The notes: a model not told the origin generated them from the letters alone. A DNA stretch of 64,000 nucleotides from Squalus acanthias (GCA_030390025.1 JASTWF010000034.1:248001-312000); one strand, 5' to 3'. Positions 25,707 to 38,986 are shown, counted from the stretch's first letter. Translations and numbers: made by a program.

Positions 25707-25850
25707 CCTCTGGCGAAAGATCATCGACCTGAAACGTTAACTCTGTTTCTCTCTCTCTCTCCACAGATGCTGCCTGACCCGTTGAGGATTTCCACCATTT
25801 TGTGTTTTCATTTCAGATTTCCAAAATCCGGAGAATTTTGTGTTTGTTTT
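25707..25850 (+). mobile_element. Penelope terminal-repeat fragment (degenerate hammerhead)
   Basis: ctggcgaaagatcatcgacctgaaacgttaactctg..gatgctgcctgacc.. Confidence 0.8.
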
Positions 25851-27146
25851 CACCTAATGCTCGGTATGGTTACTTACACCGACTCACAGGAACAAATCCT
25901 GGCAGATCACATCCACATCTTTAAATGACTGAAATATCCGCTAATCATTCAGTTCCAGTCAGTGTCTCCTTTCCACCCTCTCCAGTTCTGCATTAGTGGC
26001 ACTGCTTCTGATGGTTTAAGTAGGATTACAAGGACAATTTACATTCTCACAAAATGTTCATTCAGACAGATTTCAATATATTTATTTCTAATCAATGTTT
26101 TAAATTTGTAATTGGATCCCATGGCCGTCTGTCACAGTACGGTGCATCTGTCAGTGAGACCCAGAGTGATTCTCTATTGCCTCCTGCTGTACTTCAGGAT
26201 AAACAATCCCAGCCGATTGTAACTGAAGTACTGAGGATAAGAAAATCCTTTGATATCTTCTCCTCTAATATTCTCTGCACAAGTTGGAAACAACAGCTGA
26301 AAAAGTACAAGGATAAATCTCTTCCATTTGTGTTCAGATACTTTACAACAGCCACCGGTGGCACTGTGCCTGTGGGATAAATCATCTGATTTCGATGCTG
26401 ATAAATGCATTTAGTGGTACATTACCTGGTCAACCATCACTAATTCAGAGTCCATTATTTGCAATGTTACTGGGCAAATCTTCCGTTCAATGAGCTAGAA
26501 TTTGTGTATTTCAAAAAAAATGCAGAAAACTCAATCTTCAAAATATATCTGATAGCCCAGTTATCTTTATAACTGCAGTGCACTTGTATTTATTATCTCA
26601 GCATTGTCATATTACATCCGTACATTTTACATACAATTGCCTGTAATTATTACATGCCAAGGTTGCAGTTTCTGTATTTTGCTGTTGCACTCATTTTCAG
26701 TTCTAAATAGAATGGATATTGTAACCAGGAGCAGGAATCCAAGCGGGATTTCCCGCTCACTAACACAGAAGCGAAATGTACCGCTCCAAATGCTGACTGA
26801 CCCCGGGACATGAAGGCTTCCTGAGAGGGTCTGGTCCTTTGTGTCCCTGGTACCTCGGGCGGTGCTTTTGTCTGCTGGGCTAAATATAGATCGATCATTT
26901 AATCTCTCCTTGATCAAACATCTGTTACTTTCATATTGTATTTATTCCCATTTCATTTATTGATTCCACAATATATTCCCGATTATTCTTACAATAAACC
27001 CTGTATTCAGCTCCACAGGCAATAGGATTAGATTATATCATTGAATGTCGCTCGTGAGTTGCAGATTTCAACCTGAATACCATCAAACTGCTGCCTTTGC
27101 TCACAGCCTGATGTATAATTTCCCTGTTTATTTCCCTTCCTCACAG

Positions 27147-28048
27147 TGAACTTAATGACGATTGTGATACTGTCTCGGGGAAAGTGCGGACTCTCCAAAT
27201 GTGTCACTCGCTACCTGGTGGCCATGGCATCGGCGGATCTACTGGTCGTTATCCTCGACCTGATATTGAGGCACATTCCGATTCTTTATAGTGAACAGTT
27301 TCATTTCCTGCGGGGCATCCGCGTGTGTAATATCCACGCCGTCCTGCTGTTCGCAGCCACAGACTGTTCTGTCTGGTTCACCGTCACTTTCACCTTTGAT
27401 CGATTTGTAGCCATTTGTTGCCAGAAGCTGAAAACTAAATATTGCACCGAGAAAACGGCGGCTGTGGTTCTGGGAACAGTGACTGTGCTGAGCGGTTTAA
27501 AGAACATCACCTGGTATTTTATGTTCACAGATCGGTATACGCTTGCGAACCTCCCCTGGTTTTGTTATGTCACAATGGATGTTGTATATTCACTGGTCTG
27601 GGGACCAATCGAGTTCCTTCATTATATTCTCACCCCGTGTGTCCCATTTGTGGTAATTCTGCTGCTCAATGGTGTCACCGTCAGACACATTTTAGTGGCC
27701 AACAGAGCCCGCAGGAGACTCCGGGGTCCCAGCAGTGGGGAGAGTGCCAGAGACCCAGAAATGGAGAGCCGCAGGAAATCCATAATTTTACTGCTTGTTA
27801 TCTCCGGCAATTTCATCCTGTTATGGGCCGTGTTTATGGTGTATTCTATAAGCAGCCGGATGTGGAATTTGGCGAATGAGTCTGGAAAACTACCTTATTA
27901 TGTAATGGAAGTGGGATTCATGCTGCAGCTGCTGAGTTGCTGCACAAACACTGGGATATACGCCGTAACCCAGACGAAGTTCAGAGAGCAGTTGAAGAAT
28001 GTGGGGAAATATCCCTTTACTCTGATTGTAAAATACATTAAAAGATGA
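27147..28048 (+). CDS. GPR139-like: GPR139/GPR142-like class-A GPCR, exon 2 (TM1 end to stop)
   Basis: Polypyrimidine + CACAG acceptor at 27146; YLVAMASADLL (TM2), FTFDRFVAIC (TM3), TPCVPF (TM5), CTNTGIY (TM7); open to TGA at 28046-28048. Confidence 0.95.
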
Positions 28049-28210
28049 GAAAAAGCAGAGACTTTGCAGCCTGAGAGTTCCCTGGGTCTGATATTGTGGC
28101 GAGCCGCTCTCCACAGTGCCGGGCCGGCGGGGCCAGTGTTCTGGGACATTCACACGTTCACTCACACACTGTCTACACTGGGCTCACTGGGCCTGATATT
28201 GTGGCGCCCA

Positions 28211-28340
28211 GCACAAAGATGGCGGCTCTGGTGCGCCGCACAAAGATGGCGGCTCTGGCGCCCTGCACAAAGATGGCGGCTCTGGGGGCCCGGCACAAAG
28301 ATGGCGCCTCTGGGGATCCGCACAAAGATGGTAGCCCTCA
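28211..28340 (+). promoter_or_regulatory. 27-bp tandem array (x5) of YY1-like motifs in a CpG-rich segment
   Basis: gcacaAAGATGGCGGC at 28211, 28238, 28265; variants at 28293, 28320. Confidence 0.55.
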
Positions 28341-28649
28341 TCGGGGCCTTTCCCTGGCGGCGGGAGGCGAGCATCCGGAGGGCGGCAGCAGTTGGACTCC
28401 CATTTACCGTTAGAGCGGGCGACGAGGCGGAGCAGCCTGGCCTGGCCCGTCCCACAGGAGCAGGAGCAGCCCCGCCCGGGGAGGAGGAGGCCCGGAACCA
28501 GGACTCTATAAATCATTGTAATACTTTATAATACTTTAAAATCATTACACCACTTTCCAAATCTTTATATCCCTTTATAAATCATTATGACCATAAATAA
28601 GACATTATGATGCATTTTAAATCATTATGACACATAATAAATCATTTTT

Positions 28650-28902
28650 ATAATTCATTATTGGGATGTGGGCATCGCTGACAAGGCCAGCATTTATTGC
28701 CCATCCCTAATTGCCCTGGAGAGGGTGGTGGTGAGCCGCCTGAGACAAGCGAGTGTCTTGCTGGGCCATTTCAGAGGCCAGTTAAGAATCAATAACATTG
28801 CAATGGGTCTGGAGTCACATATTAGCTAAGGACGGCAGATTTCCTTCCCTAAAGGCCATTAGTGAACCAGATGGGTTTTTACGACAATCCGGTACTTTCA
28901 TA
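28650..28902 (-). mobile_element. SINE 3' half
   Basis: Reverse complement of ~63500-63760. Confidence 0.85.
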
Positions 28903-28904
28903 GT

Positions 28905-29310
28905 CTAGTCTACTCAATCTCTCCTCATAGGAAAACCCCCCATCCCAGGAAACAGTCTGGTGAACATTCGCTGCACTCCCTCTATGGCAAGGATATCCAT
29001 CCTTAGGTAAGGCGACCAAAACTGTACACTATACTCCAGCTGTGATCTCACCAGGGCCCTATATAATTGCAGTAAGAAGTCTTTACTTTTATAATCAAAT
29101 GCTCTTGTATTAAAGGCCAACATACCATTTGCTTTCCTAATTGCTTGCTGTACCTGCAGGTTAACATTCAGTTATTCGTGCAGAAGGAAAGCCAGGTCCC
29201 TCTGAACACCAACATTTCCCAATCTCTCACCATTTCAAAAATAATCTGCTTTTCTAATTTTCCTACCAAAGTGGATAACTTCACATTTCTCCACCTTATA
29301 TTCCATCCAC
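28905..29310 (-). mobile_element. CR1 fragment (paralog of ~56960-57360)
   Basis: LLQLYRALVRSQLEYSVQFWSP. Confidence 0.85.
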
Positions 29311-29839
29311 ATATTACGTCCACGTAAGTTATAAGAATATTAATCACAATGCAACCAGACAATCAACAAATATAAAGTGCTGTAGTTCTTTAATTCGCAG
29401 TATTAAAAAGAACTGAACAAAATGGGTATCCGTATTTTCAACTTCAATCACTTACATTAATAAACGTTGTTTACTCATATGTTGACGTGAAGATTTATAA
29501 TTTACCAATTTCGCTTCGAATGTTTTGCTCTCAAACATTCTCCACAATATTATTCCCTGCTCTTATCACGAAAAGTGTTGAATATTTTAGTTACTTCGCA
29601 ATTAAAAGCGGGAAAGAAACTTAATTGTACTCACAATTTTTAATCTCCTATATCAAACATTCAAACCAAATCGAATTTTACGTTATCAGTTTAATGAAAG
29701 TATGTTCTTTGTCTTTCTCAATAAACAGAGGGGTTTCTTATAAAGTAGCACCCTGCAATTTTTATATATAATTACATAACTCATGTTTCTATTAACACTC
29801 CACTAAATGTTTAAGAGGAAATCTATATTACATTATTTT

Positions 29840-31272
29840 TTTAATTTATTTTTATTCGTTTTGTGCGATCAGGGCGTCGCTGGCAATGCCAGCATTTATT
29901 GCCCATCCCTAGTTGCCCATGAGAAGGTGGTGGTGAGCCGCCTTCTTGAACCGCTGCAGTCCGTGTGGTGAAGGTACTCCCACTGTGCTGTTAAGGAGGG
30001 AGTTCCAGGATTTTGACCCAGCGACGATGAAGGATCGGCGATATGCTTCTGAGTCAGGATGGTGTATGACTTGGAGGGGAGCTTGAAGGTGGTGGTTTCC
30101 CCATGCGCCTGCTGTCCTTGTCCTTCTAGGTGGAAGAGGTTGCGGGTTTGGGAGGTGCTGGCGAAGAAGCCTTGGCGAGTTGCTGCAGTGCGCACTTCAG
30201 CCACGGTACGCTGGTGGTGGAGGGGGTGATTGTTAAAGGTGGTGGATGGTCGGCCAATCAAACGGGCTGCTTTGTCCTGGATGGTGTCGGGCCTCTTGAG
30301 TGTTGTTGGAGCTGCACTCATCCAGGCAAGTGAAGAGTATTCCATCACACTCCTTACTTGTGCCTTTTAGATGGTGGAAAGGCTTTGGGGAGTCAGGAGG
30401 TGAGACACTCGTCGCAGAATTACTAGCCTCTGACCTGCTCTTGTTGCCATATTATTTATGTGGCTGGTCCAGTTAAGTTTCTGGTTAATGGTGACCCCCA
30501 GGATGTTGATAGTGGGGGATCCGGCGATGGTAATGACATTGAATATCAAGGGGAGGTGGTTAGACTCTCGCTTGTTGGAGATAGACATTGCCTGGCACTT
30601 CTGTGGCGCGAATGTCACCTGCCACATATAAGCCCAAGCCTGAACGTCGTCCAGGTCTTGTTGCAAACGGGCATAGACTGCTTCATTATCTGTGGAGTTG
30701 TGAATGGCGCTCAACACTGTGCAGTCATCAGCGAACATCCTCATTTCTGACCTTATGTTGCAGGGAAGGTCATTGATGAAGCAGCTGAAGATGGTTTGGC
30801 CTAGGACACTGCCCTGAAGAAATCCTGCAGCGATGTCCTGGGGCTGTGATGGTTGACCTTCAACCACCACTACCATCTTCCTTTGTGCTGGGCATGACTC
30901 CAGCCAATGGAGAGTTTTCCCACTGAATCCAATTGACTTCAGTTTTATTAGGGTTCCTTGATGCCAGACTCGATCAAATGCTGACTTGATGTCAAGGGAA
31001 AGTCACTCTCACCTCACCTCTGGAATTCAGCTCCTTTGTCCATGTTTGGACCAAGGCTGCAATGAGGTCGGGAGCCGAGTGGTCTTGGCGGAACCCAAAC
31101 TTGGCATCAGTGAGCAGGTTATTGTTGAGTAGGTGCCGCTTGATAGCACTGTCGATGACACCATCCATCACTTTGCTGAGGATTGAGAGTAGACTGATGG
31201 GGCAGTAATTGGCCGGGTTCTATTTGTCCTGCTTTTTTGTGGACAGGACATACCTGGGCAGATTTCAACATT
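29840..31272 (-). mobile_element. CR1-clade LINE family D, 3' 1.4 kb
   Basis: QGSVLG, MFADDCTV, QQDLDDVQAW; 3' tail shared with the SINE. Confidence 0.9.
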
Positions 31273-32094
31273 GCCACCGAATGCTGATGTAAAGTATCCC
31301 CTTCAATGCTGTCTTCAAACATACAACAAAAAACATAAAATAAAGTCTAATTCCATACGGAGCTCAAATCATAAAGTGAATAAAGTGGTTAAACTTCCTA
31401 AGAAGGCGGTGAGGTTAACTCTCCCCAGCTTTGGCGATGAGTTGGGATCAGTTTTGGAGATTTATTTTCCTCCTTTTCTGCTGCCATTCCCTCTGTCTCT
31501 CAGACTCTGCGGTACAAACGGGGGCACAAACTTTTCCCCTCTCTCGCAACATGATTTAAATAATCCGGATAAACTATTTCAAAAAGGGGACGAGCCCTGG
31601 CAAAATTGAACTGGAACTTACCACGAAACATTCAACATCACTTTCCCGTATCCTTTTCCGGCTTTAAACAATTTGCAGAATTAAAAAAAAAACTCATTGT
31701 TTTGTTTCAACGCGGGGCTAAAAAATGTTTGTTTTCGCCTCCTTCTAGCGGCCATTGTACCATTGTATACGCGCTGCGCCTCCACCTGTGGTGTTCCAAA
31801 GTGCGGCCGCCGCTCAGTCCCCGGGAACGGACTACATGCGTCTCCAGGGAAAAATACTCAAGGAATCCCGAGACAACACTCGCCGGCTTCCAAGGCTCCA
31901 CATCTCAGCAAATATTGCTCCAATTCTGATCGTCTCTGTGAGGTCACAAACGGCTCTGTGAGGATTGGCGGGTCATTGGGGACTGGACCCCTCCGCCCAC
32001 TCCAGCTCACTGCACTGCCTGTGAATTTCAGTGCGCGGGACCTTACAGATCGCCGCGCACCCACGCACCTTACAGGGAACATTGCACAGTTAAT

Positions 32095-32245
32095 CAGGCA
32101 GCATCTGTGGAGAGACAAACAGAGTTAATGTTTCAGGTCGATGACCTTTCATCAGAACTGGCAAATGTTCCAGATGTAACAAATTTTAAGGAAGTACAGA
32201 GGCAGGGAAAGGGGGGATCGGAGGAAAGAACAAAAGGGAATGTCT
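32095..32245 (-). mobile_element. Penelope terminal fragment with hammerhead motif (32123-32159)
   Basis: Reverse strand agttCTGATGAaaggtcatcgacctGAAAcattaact. Confidence 0.8.
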
Positions 32246-32366
32246 GTGCTGTACCTGCCCTGGGTGTGTTTGGTGGGATTGGGTAGCGGGAGCTTTACTC
32301 ATGCTGTACTTGCCTTGGGAGAATTTAATGGCACAGTGTAGAGGGAGATTCACCCTATGCCTAACA

Positions 32367-33145
32367 GGTGCTGCAAAATGAGAGATTACACAATGGTGAG
32401 GTGCAGAGGGATATGGGTGTCCTTGTACATGAATCACAAAAAGTTAGCATGCAGGTACAGCAAGTAATTAGGAAGGCAAATGAAGTGTTGGCCTTTATTG
32501 CAAAGGGAATGGAGTATAAAAGTAGTGAAGCCCGGTTACAACTGTACAGGGCCTTGATGAGACCAGACCTGGAGTACTGCGTTCAGTTTTGGTCTCCTTA
32601 TTTCAGGAAGGATATACTTACATGGGAGGCAGTTGAGAGAAGGTTCATGAGGTTGATTCCGGAGATGAAGGTGTTGTCTTAAGAAGAAAGTTTGAAGCAG
32701 GTTGGGCCTATACTCATTGGAGTTTAGAAGAAAGAGAGCGGAGCTTATTGAAACATATAAGATTCTGAAGGGGCTTGACAGGGTAGATGCAGAGAGGATG
32801 TTTCCGCTCATGGGGTAATTCAGAACTATGGGGCATAGTTTCAGAATAAGGGGCCATCCATTTATATCGGAAATTAGGAGGAATTTCTTCTCTCAGAGGG
32901 TCGTGAATCTTTGGAATTCTCTTCCCCAGAGAACAGTGGAGGCTGGTTCATTGAATAGATTTAAGGTGGAGATAGACAGATTTTTGAAAGGTAAGGGAAT
33001 CAAGGGTTATGGGTAGCGGGCAGGGACGTGGAGCTGAGTTGAGGCCAAGATCAGATCAGCCATGATCTTATTGAATGGCGGAGCTGGCTCGAGGGGCCAA
33101 ATGACGCACTCCTGCTGCTACGTCTTGTGTTCTTATGTTCTTATG
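32367..33145 (+). mobile_element. CR1 3' fragment inserted in the 67-bp satellite
   Basis: ORFs 32368..32682 and 32828..33016; tail (ttcttatg)n. Confidence 0.9.
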
Positions 33146-33259
33146 CACCTGCCATGGAAATGTTTGATGAGACAGTGTAGAATTAGCTTTTACCTGTACC
33201 TAACGCATGCTGTACCTGCTCTTGGAGTATTTGATGGGTAGTGTAGAAGGTGCATTAAT

Positions 33260-33890
33260 CTATTACATTACATAGAATTTACATCACAGAAACATGCCAT
33301 TCGGCCCAACTGGTTCATGCCGGTGATTATGCTCTGGACGAACCTCCTCCCACCCTACTTTATCTCACATCCTTCTATTCCTCTGACCCTCATGTACTGA
33401 TACAGCTTTCCCTAAAATGCATCTATGTTATTTGCCTCAACTACTCCATGTGGTAGCGAGTTCCACAGTGGAACTAAAGGTACTGAGAACCTGCAGCTCG
33501 TACCAGATTTCAGAAGAGCAATCCTCACCCAAATGGCAGATGATTTGGAACGGGTAAATTGGCTAATGAGACCGATGTAGAATACGAAATTACGTACTTA
33601 CGAACATACGAATCAGGAGCAGGAGTAGGCCACTCGGGCCATCCAGCCTGCTCCGCCATTCAATAAGATCATGGCTGATCTGATTACTTCTCATTCCCGC
33701 CTACCCCCGATAACCTTACACTCCCTTGTTTATCAAGAATCTATCTACATCTCCTTAAAAATATTCAGAGATTTTGCTTCTACCGTCCTCTGAGGAAGAG
33801 AGTTCCAAAGATTCAGTACCCTCTGTGAGAAAAAAAAATCTCCACATCTCTGTCTTAAATGGGCAACCATCTATCTTTAAACAGTGACTC
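33260..33890 (-). mobile_element. Two CR1 3' tail fragments (33260-33468, ~33590-33890)
   Basis: Tail hairpins ccattcggccc / cctgctccgccattcaataagatcatggctg. Confidence 0.75.
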
Positions 33891-35069
33891 CTATATAATA
33901 GTCACTTGCAATGCAATAGCACATTACAATGGAATATCGCTGCATTATAATAGTGCTTTAAAGTGGAATTTGCCTTTGCAATGGAATCTGACTTTGCAGT
34001 ATAATATTGATTTGCAATGCAATAGCACATTGCAATGGAATATCACTTTGCAATATAATAGTCATTTGCAATGCAATAGCACTTTGCAATGGAATATAGC
34101 TTTGCAATATAATCGTCATTTGCAATGCAATAGAACATTGCAATGGAATATCACTTTGAAATATAATAGTCATTTGAAATGCAATAGCACATTGGAATGG
34201 AATATCACTTTGCAATATAATCGCCATTTGCAATGCAAAAGCACATTGCAATATAATTTCGCTTTGCAATATAATAGTCATTTGCAATGCAATAGTACAT
34301 TGCCATGGAATATCACTTTGCAATATTATAGTCATTTGAAATACAATAGCATTTTGCAATGTAATATCACTTTGCAATATAATAGTCATGTCAATGCAAT
34401 AGCACATTATAATGGAATATCGCTTTTCAATATAATATTCATTTGCAATGCAATAACATATTGCAATGGAATGTAACTATGCAATATTAGTGTCATTTGC
34501 AATGCAAAAGCACATCGCAATGGAAAATCAAATTGCAATATAATCAGAATTTGCAATGCAATTGAACATTTCAATGCAATATCACTTTGCAATATACTAG
34601 TAATTTGTAATGCAATAGAACATGGCAATGGAATATCACTTTGCAAAATAATAGTCATATGCAACGCCATAGCACATTGCAATGGAATATCACTTTGCAA
34701 TATAATAGTCATGTGCAATGCAATAGCAGATTGCAATGGACAATCAATTTGCTATATAATAGTCATTTGCAATACAATATCACATTGCAATAGAATATCA
34801 CTTTGCCATAGAATAGTCATTTTTAATGCAATAGAAAATTGCAATGGAATATCACTTTGCTACATAATAGTCATTTGCAATGCAATAGCCCATTGCAATA
34901 GGATATCACTTTGCAATGTAATAGTCATTTGCAATGCAATAGCAAATTGCAATGGAATATCACTTTACAATATAATAGTCATTTGCAATGCAATAGCATA
35001 TTGCAAATGTAGTATCGCTGTGCAGTATAATCGTCATTTGCAATTCAATAGCACATTGCAATGGAATAC
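33890..35069. repeat. 54-bp satellite built from three 18-bp subunits; resumes at 36640-36685
   Basis: tttgcaatgcaatagcac-attgcaatggaatatcac-tttgcaatataatagtca, about 22 units. Confidence 0.95.
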
Positions 35070-36640
35070 CTGATGGCCTGCATCCCACGGTCTTAAAATA
35101 AGTGGCTGCAGAGATAGTGGATGCTTTGGTTGTAATCTACCAAAATTACCTGGATTCTGGAATGGGAGCAGTGGATTGGAAAACTGCAAATGTAATGCCA
35201 CTATTCAAGAGAGGAGGGGGGCAGAAAGCAGAAAGCTATAGGCCAGTTAGCCTAACATAGGTCTTTGGGAAAATGCTGGAATCCATTATTAAGGGGGTAA
35301 TAGCAGGACATTTAGAAAATCATAAGACAATCAAGCAGAGTCAACCTGGTTTTATGAAAGTGAAATCGTGTTTGACAAATTTGCTGGAGTTCTTTGAGGA
35401 TGTAACAAACAGGGTGGATAAAGAGGAACCCGTGGATGTAGTGTATTTGGATTTCTAGAAGGCATTTGATAAGGTGCCACATAAAAGGTTACTGCACAAG
35501 ATAAGAGCGCATGGGGATGGGGGTAATATTTTTGCATGGATAGGGGATTGGCTAACTAACAGAAAACAGAGAGTCATGAACAATGGGTCATTTTCCGGAT
35601 GGCAATCAGTAACTAGTATGGTGCCACAGGGATCAGTGCAGGAGCCTCAACTATTTACAATCTTTATCAATTACTTGGATGAAGGGACCGAGTGTACTGT
35701 AGCCAAATTTGCTGATGATACAAAGATAGTTGGGTTGGCAAGTTCTGAGGAGGACACAAAGAGTCTGCAAAGGGATATAGATAGGTTAAGTGAGTGGGCA
35801 AAACATTGGCAGATGCAGTATAATGTGTTAAAATGTGAGGTTACCACTTTGGAAGGAAGAATGAAAACGCAAATTATTATTTAAATGAAGTGAGACTACA
35901 AAATGCTGTGGTACAAAGGTATTTGGGGGTCCTAGTACATGAAGCACGTAAAGTTAGCATGCAGGTACAGCAAGTAATTAAGAAGGCTAATGGAATGTTG
36001 GCCTTTATTGCAAGGGGTATGGATTATATAAGTAGGGAAGTTTTGATGCAAATTTACAGGGCGCTGGTGATACTGCGCCTGGAGTACTGCGTACAGTTGT
36101 GGTCTCGATATTTAAGGAAGGATATACTTGCATTGGGGGGCAGTACAGAGAAGGTTCGCTAGGTTGATTCCTAGGATGAAGGGGTTGATGTATGACGAAA
36201 GTTTGAGCAGGTTGGGCCAATACTCATAGGCGTTTAGAAGAATGAGAGGTGATCTTATTGAAACATATAAGATTCTGAGGGGGATTGAAAGTGTGGATGC
36301 TGAGAGGATGTTTCCCCTAGTGGGGGTATCTAGAACTAGGGGGCATAGTTTCAGACTAAGGGGTCGCTGAATTAAGTCGGAGATGAATTAAATTTCTTCT
36401 CTCAGATGGTCGTGAATCTTTGGAAATCTCTACCCCAGAGAGCGGTGGAGGCGGAGTCATTGAATATATTCATGGCAGAGATTGACAGACATTTGAATGA
36501 GAAGGATGTCAAGGGGTATGGGGAGAAAGCGGGAAAATAGTGCTGAGGCTAAGATTGGATCAGCCATGATCTTATTGAATGGCGGAGCAGGCTCGAGGGG
36601 CCGATTGACCTACTCATGCTCCTGTTTCTTATGTTCTTAT
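35070..36640 (+). mobile_element. CR1 RT-to-tail copy inserted in the 54-bp satellite
   Basis: RT motifs in ORFs 35273, 35474, 35890; satellite continues in register after the tail. Confidence 0.92.
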
Positions 36641-38804
36641 CACTTTGCAATATAATCGTCATTTGCAATGCAATAGCACATTGCTCACTTTCAAATTCAT
36701 AGAAGTATCTGTTCTCAATTTGTCTCAGGATCTCTCTCAGGCCTATTATTCGAGAGAGAAATGTTAAAATTCAACAGAACCTGCTCCAAAGACACAAGAG
36801 ATGCCGAACTAGAATGTGTGCCAACATCTTCTGCCTCATCTGGTCTGGGAACGTTGGGTTTTGTATATTCCACCATCTCCTGTGTTTGAAGTCTCTGGCG
36901 TTGGCCAGACATTTTTTTAAATATTTCCTTGTCTCGGGGTATTTACAATAAACATCTTGCATCCTGTGTCGTTCAGAACAGGAAAAGCATGTCCCTTGCC
37001 AGTGTGCTTCCCTGGGCTATCCTTGGATTAACATGATAATTGACAGGGCCCCTAGGGAGCAAAGCCAACATGTCAATGGCTCAAGCGGTGGAATCTGCCT
37101 TCTGCTCACCTGGTGGGAGGGTCCCAGTCCCAATCCCTCCTCCCTCCAGGAGATGGGACATCTCTTTCAGTTTGCTGTGTGTGTTTGTTGTGCAGTTTGC
37201 AATTTCTCTCTGTCTGAATCATTAACGCTTTAGATTCTCTGGTTTCTAACCGGAGTATGTTCGTAATGGGATGTTGTTAAGAGATTTTCTGTGTAACCGA
37301 GAGAGGGAGATCTGGGCTCTTGCTGTGCTTTTTTTGCTTTGTTTCTTAACCAATCTCCTTCTATCTCTCTTCTCCCAATGACATTTATTATATTTGCAAA
37401 GCTGTAACAAGATGCAGAGTGAGCGAGAGAGCTGTGGGATGAGGAATGCATTGGACAACAGCTTTCTTCGCATTGGCCAATCCGAGGCCTTCGCCCCGAG
37501 GCTGCACCCAATGGGCCCACGTGAGTTTGTGTCTGTATATTACCCCGCGGTTGCATTTCCTATCGGGGACCTTGGGATTCTGGTGCCTCGGGTTAACTTG
37601 TTACTGTTGTGTTGTGGGCCTTGAGTTTTCAACACGTTTAAAGCCTGGGGTTAAAGAAGCCCCAGCCTTGCAATGTGTCAGAAACATGTTAACCCCTGGT
37701 GCGGGACCAAGAGGAAAGTAAATTCCTCAACGTGAACCTGTGCAAGTCTGGTTATAATTGCAGAATAATCCTGGTGTTTCGGGCAGTGCAATGATTTTGA
37801 CGGTTAAATGAGATGCGCGGTGGCCAATTTTAATCAATTTTACTGGGGTTCTCAGTGTGGATTTATTACTGTGTCTATTTCACTCCAGCTTTCGCTCTCT
37901 CTCTCTATCTTTCTCTGTCTTTCTCTTTTATGCGGCTGGATGTGAAATGTTGTTTTATAACACTCCTGTGAAGCGCCCTGGGAGGATTTACTACATTAAA
38001 GGTACTATACAAAGATAAGTTGCAGTTGTTATCTCTCTCCAGCTTTCCCTGTCTCTCTCCAGCTTTCTCTCTTTCTAGATCTCTCTCTAGATCTCTCTCT
38101 CTAGCTTTCCCTTTCTCTCTCTCTAGCTTTCTCTCTCTCTAGCTTTCTCTCTCTCTCTCTCTCTCTCTAGCTTTCCCTTTCTCTCTCTCTAGCTTTCTCT
38201 CTTTCTCTCTCTCTCTGTAGCTTTCTCTATCTCTCTCTAGCTTTCTTTCTCTCTCTCCAGCTTTCTCTCTCTCCAGCTTTCTCTGTCTCTTTGCAAAGCA
38301 AACGAATTTTTCCCCCTTAAAATCTAAAAAATGCCGCCCACAGCAAGGTGATTTGTCGTCATTTTAAATGACAGGAACATTTCAGAGTACATTTCAATCA
38401 AGATTAAAGCTGAGATAGAGAGAAAGAAACAGAGAGAGCAGCTGAGTGAATGAAAAAGAGGGACAGAGATGGGAACCTGTACAGGAACAGAGAGAGGGGG
38501 AGAGTGAACAAAAGAGAGGGAGAGAGAGAGATAGTGACAGGGGGCGTTTACAGCAGACGAAAGGAAGAGGGGGCGAGGATGGGGACGAAGTAGGTCCCAT
38601 TCCCCAAATCGAGCTTTTTCACTGGGGCCTGTTCTTGGCCCCGCTCCTGTGCTGGGCCTGAGGTTTATCTCTCTCTCTCCTTCTGTATCAGTCACTACAC
38701 AGAGGGGCACACCTTTCTCTCTCTCTCCCTCTGTTGGTTTCTCTCTATCACAGGACACTCAGTTGCATGCCTATCTCTACCGCCCTCTGCTGGTGTCTCT
38801 CTGA

Positions 38805-38986
38805 TGTCGTGGGGACAATATTTATCCCTCAACCAAAATCACTGGAACAGACCATCCGGTTTTTTATCACACTGTTGCTTTTGGGAGCTTGCTGTTCTCA
38901 AATTGGCTGCCGTGTTTCCTATAGTACAACAGCGACTACATTTCAAAAATGAGCTCATTGGCTGTAAAGCGCTCCTGAGGTTCTGA
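38805..38986 (+). mobile_element. DeuSINE-like fragment (second copy at ~41445-41580)
   Basis: atttatccctcaacc..gggagcttgctg..aaattggctgccg.gtttcct..cattggctgtaaagcgct resembles the AmnSINE1/SacSINE1 3' region. Confidence 0.65.

Noticed and set aside
25860..26920. Short ORFs in the non-repetitive end of the GPCR intron
   Set aside because: No recognisable motif or consistent frame
36715..36962. Coding-looking minus-strand ORFs (MSGQRQRLQTQ...)
   Set aside because: Short, no recognisable family, no clear splice sites
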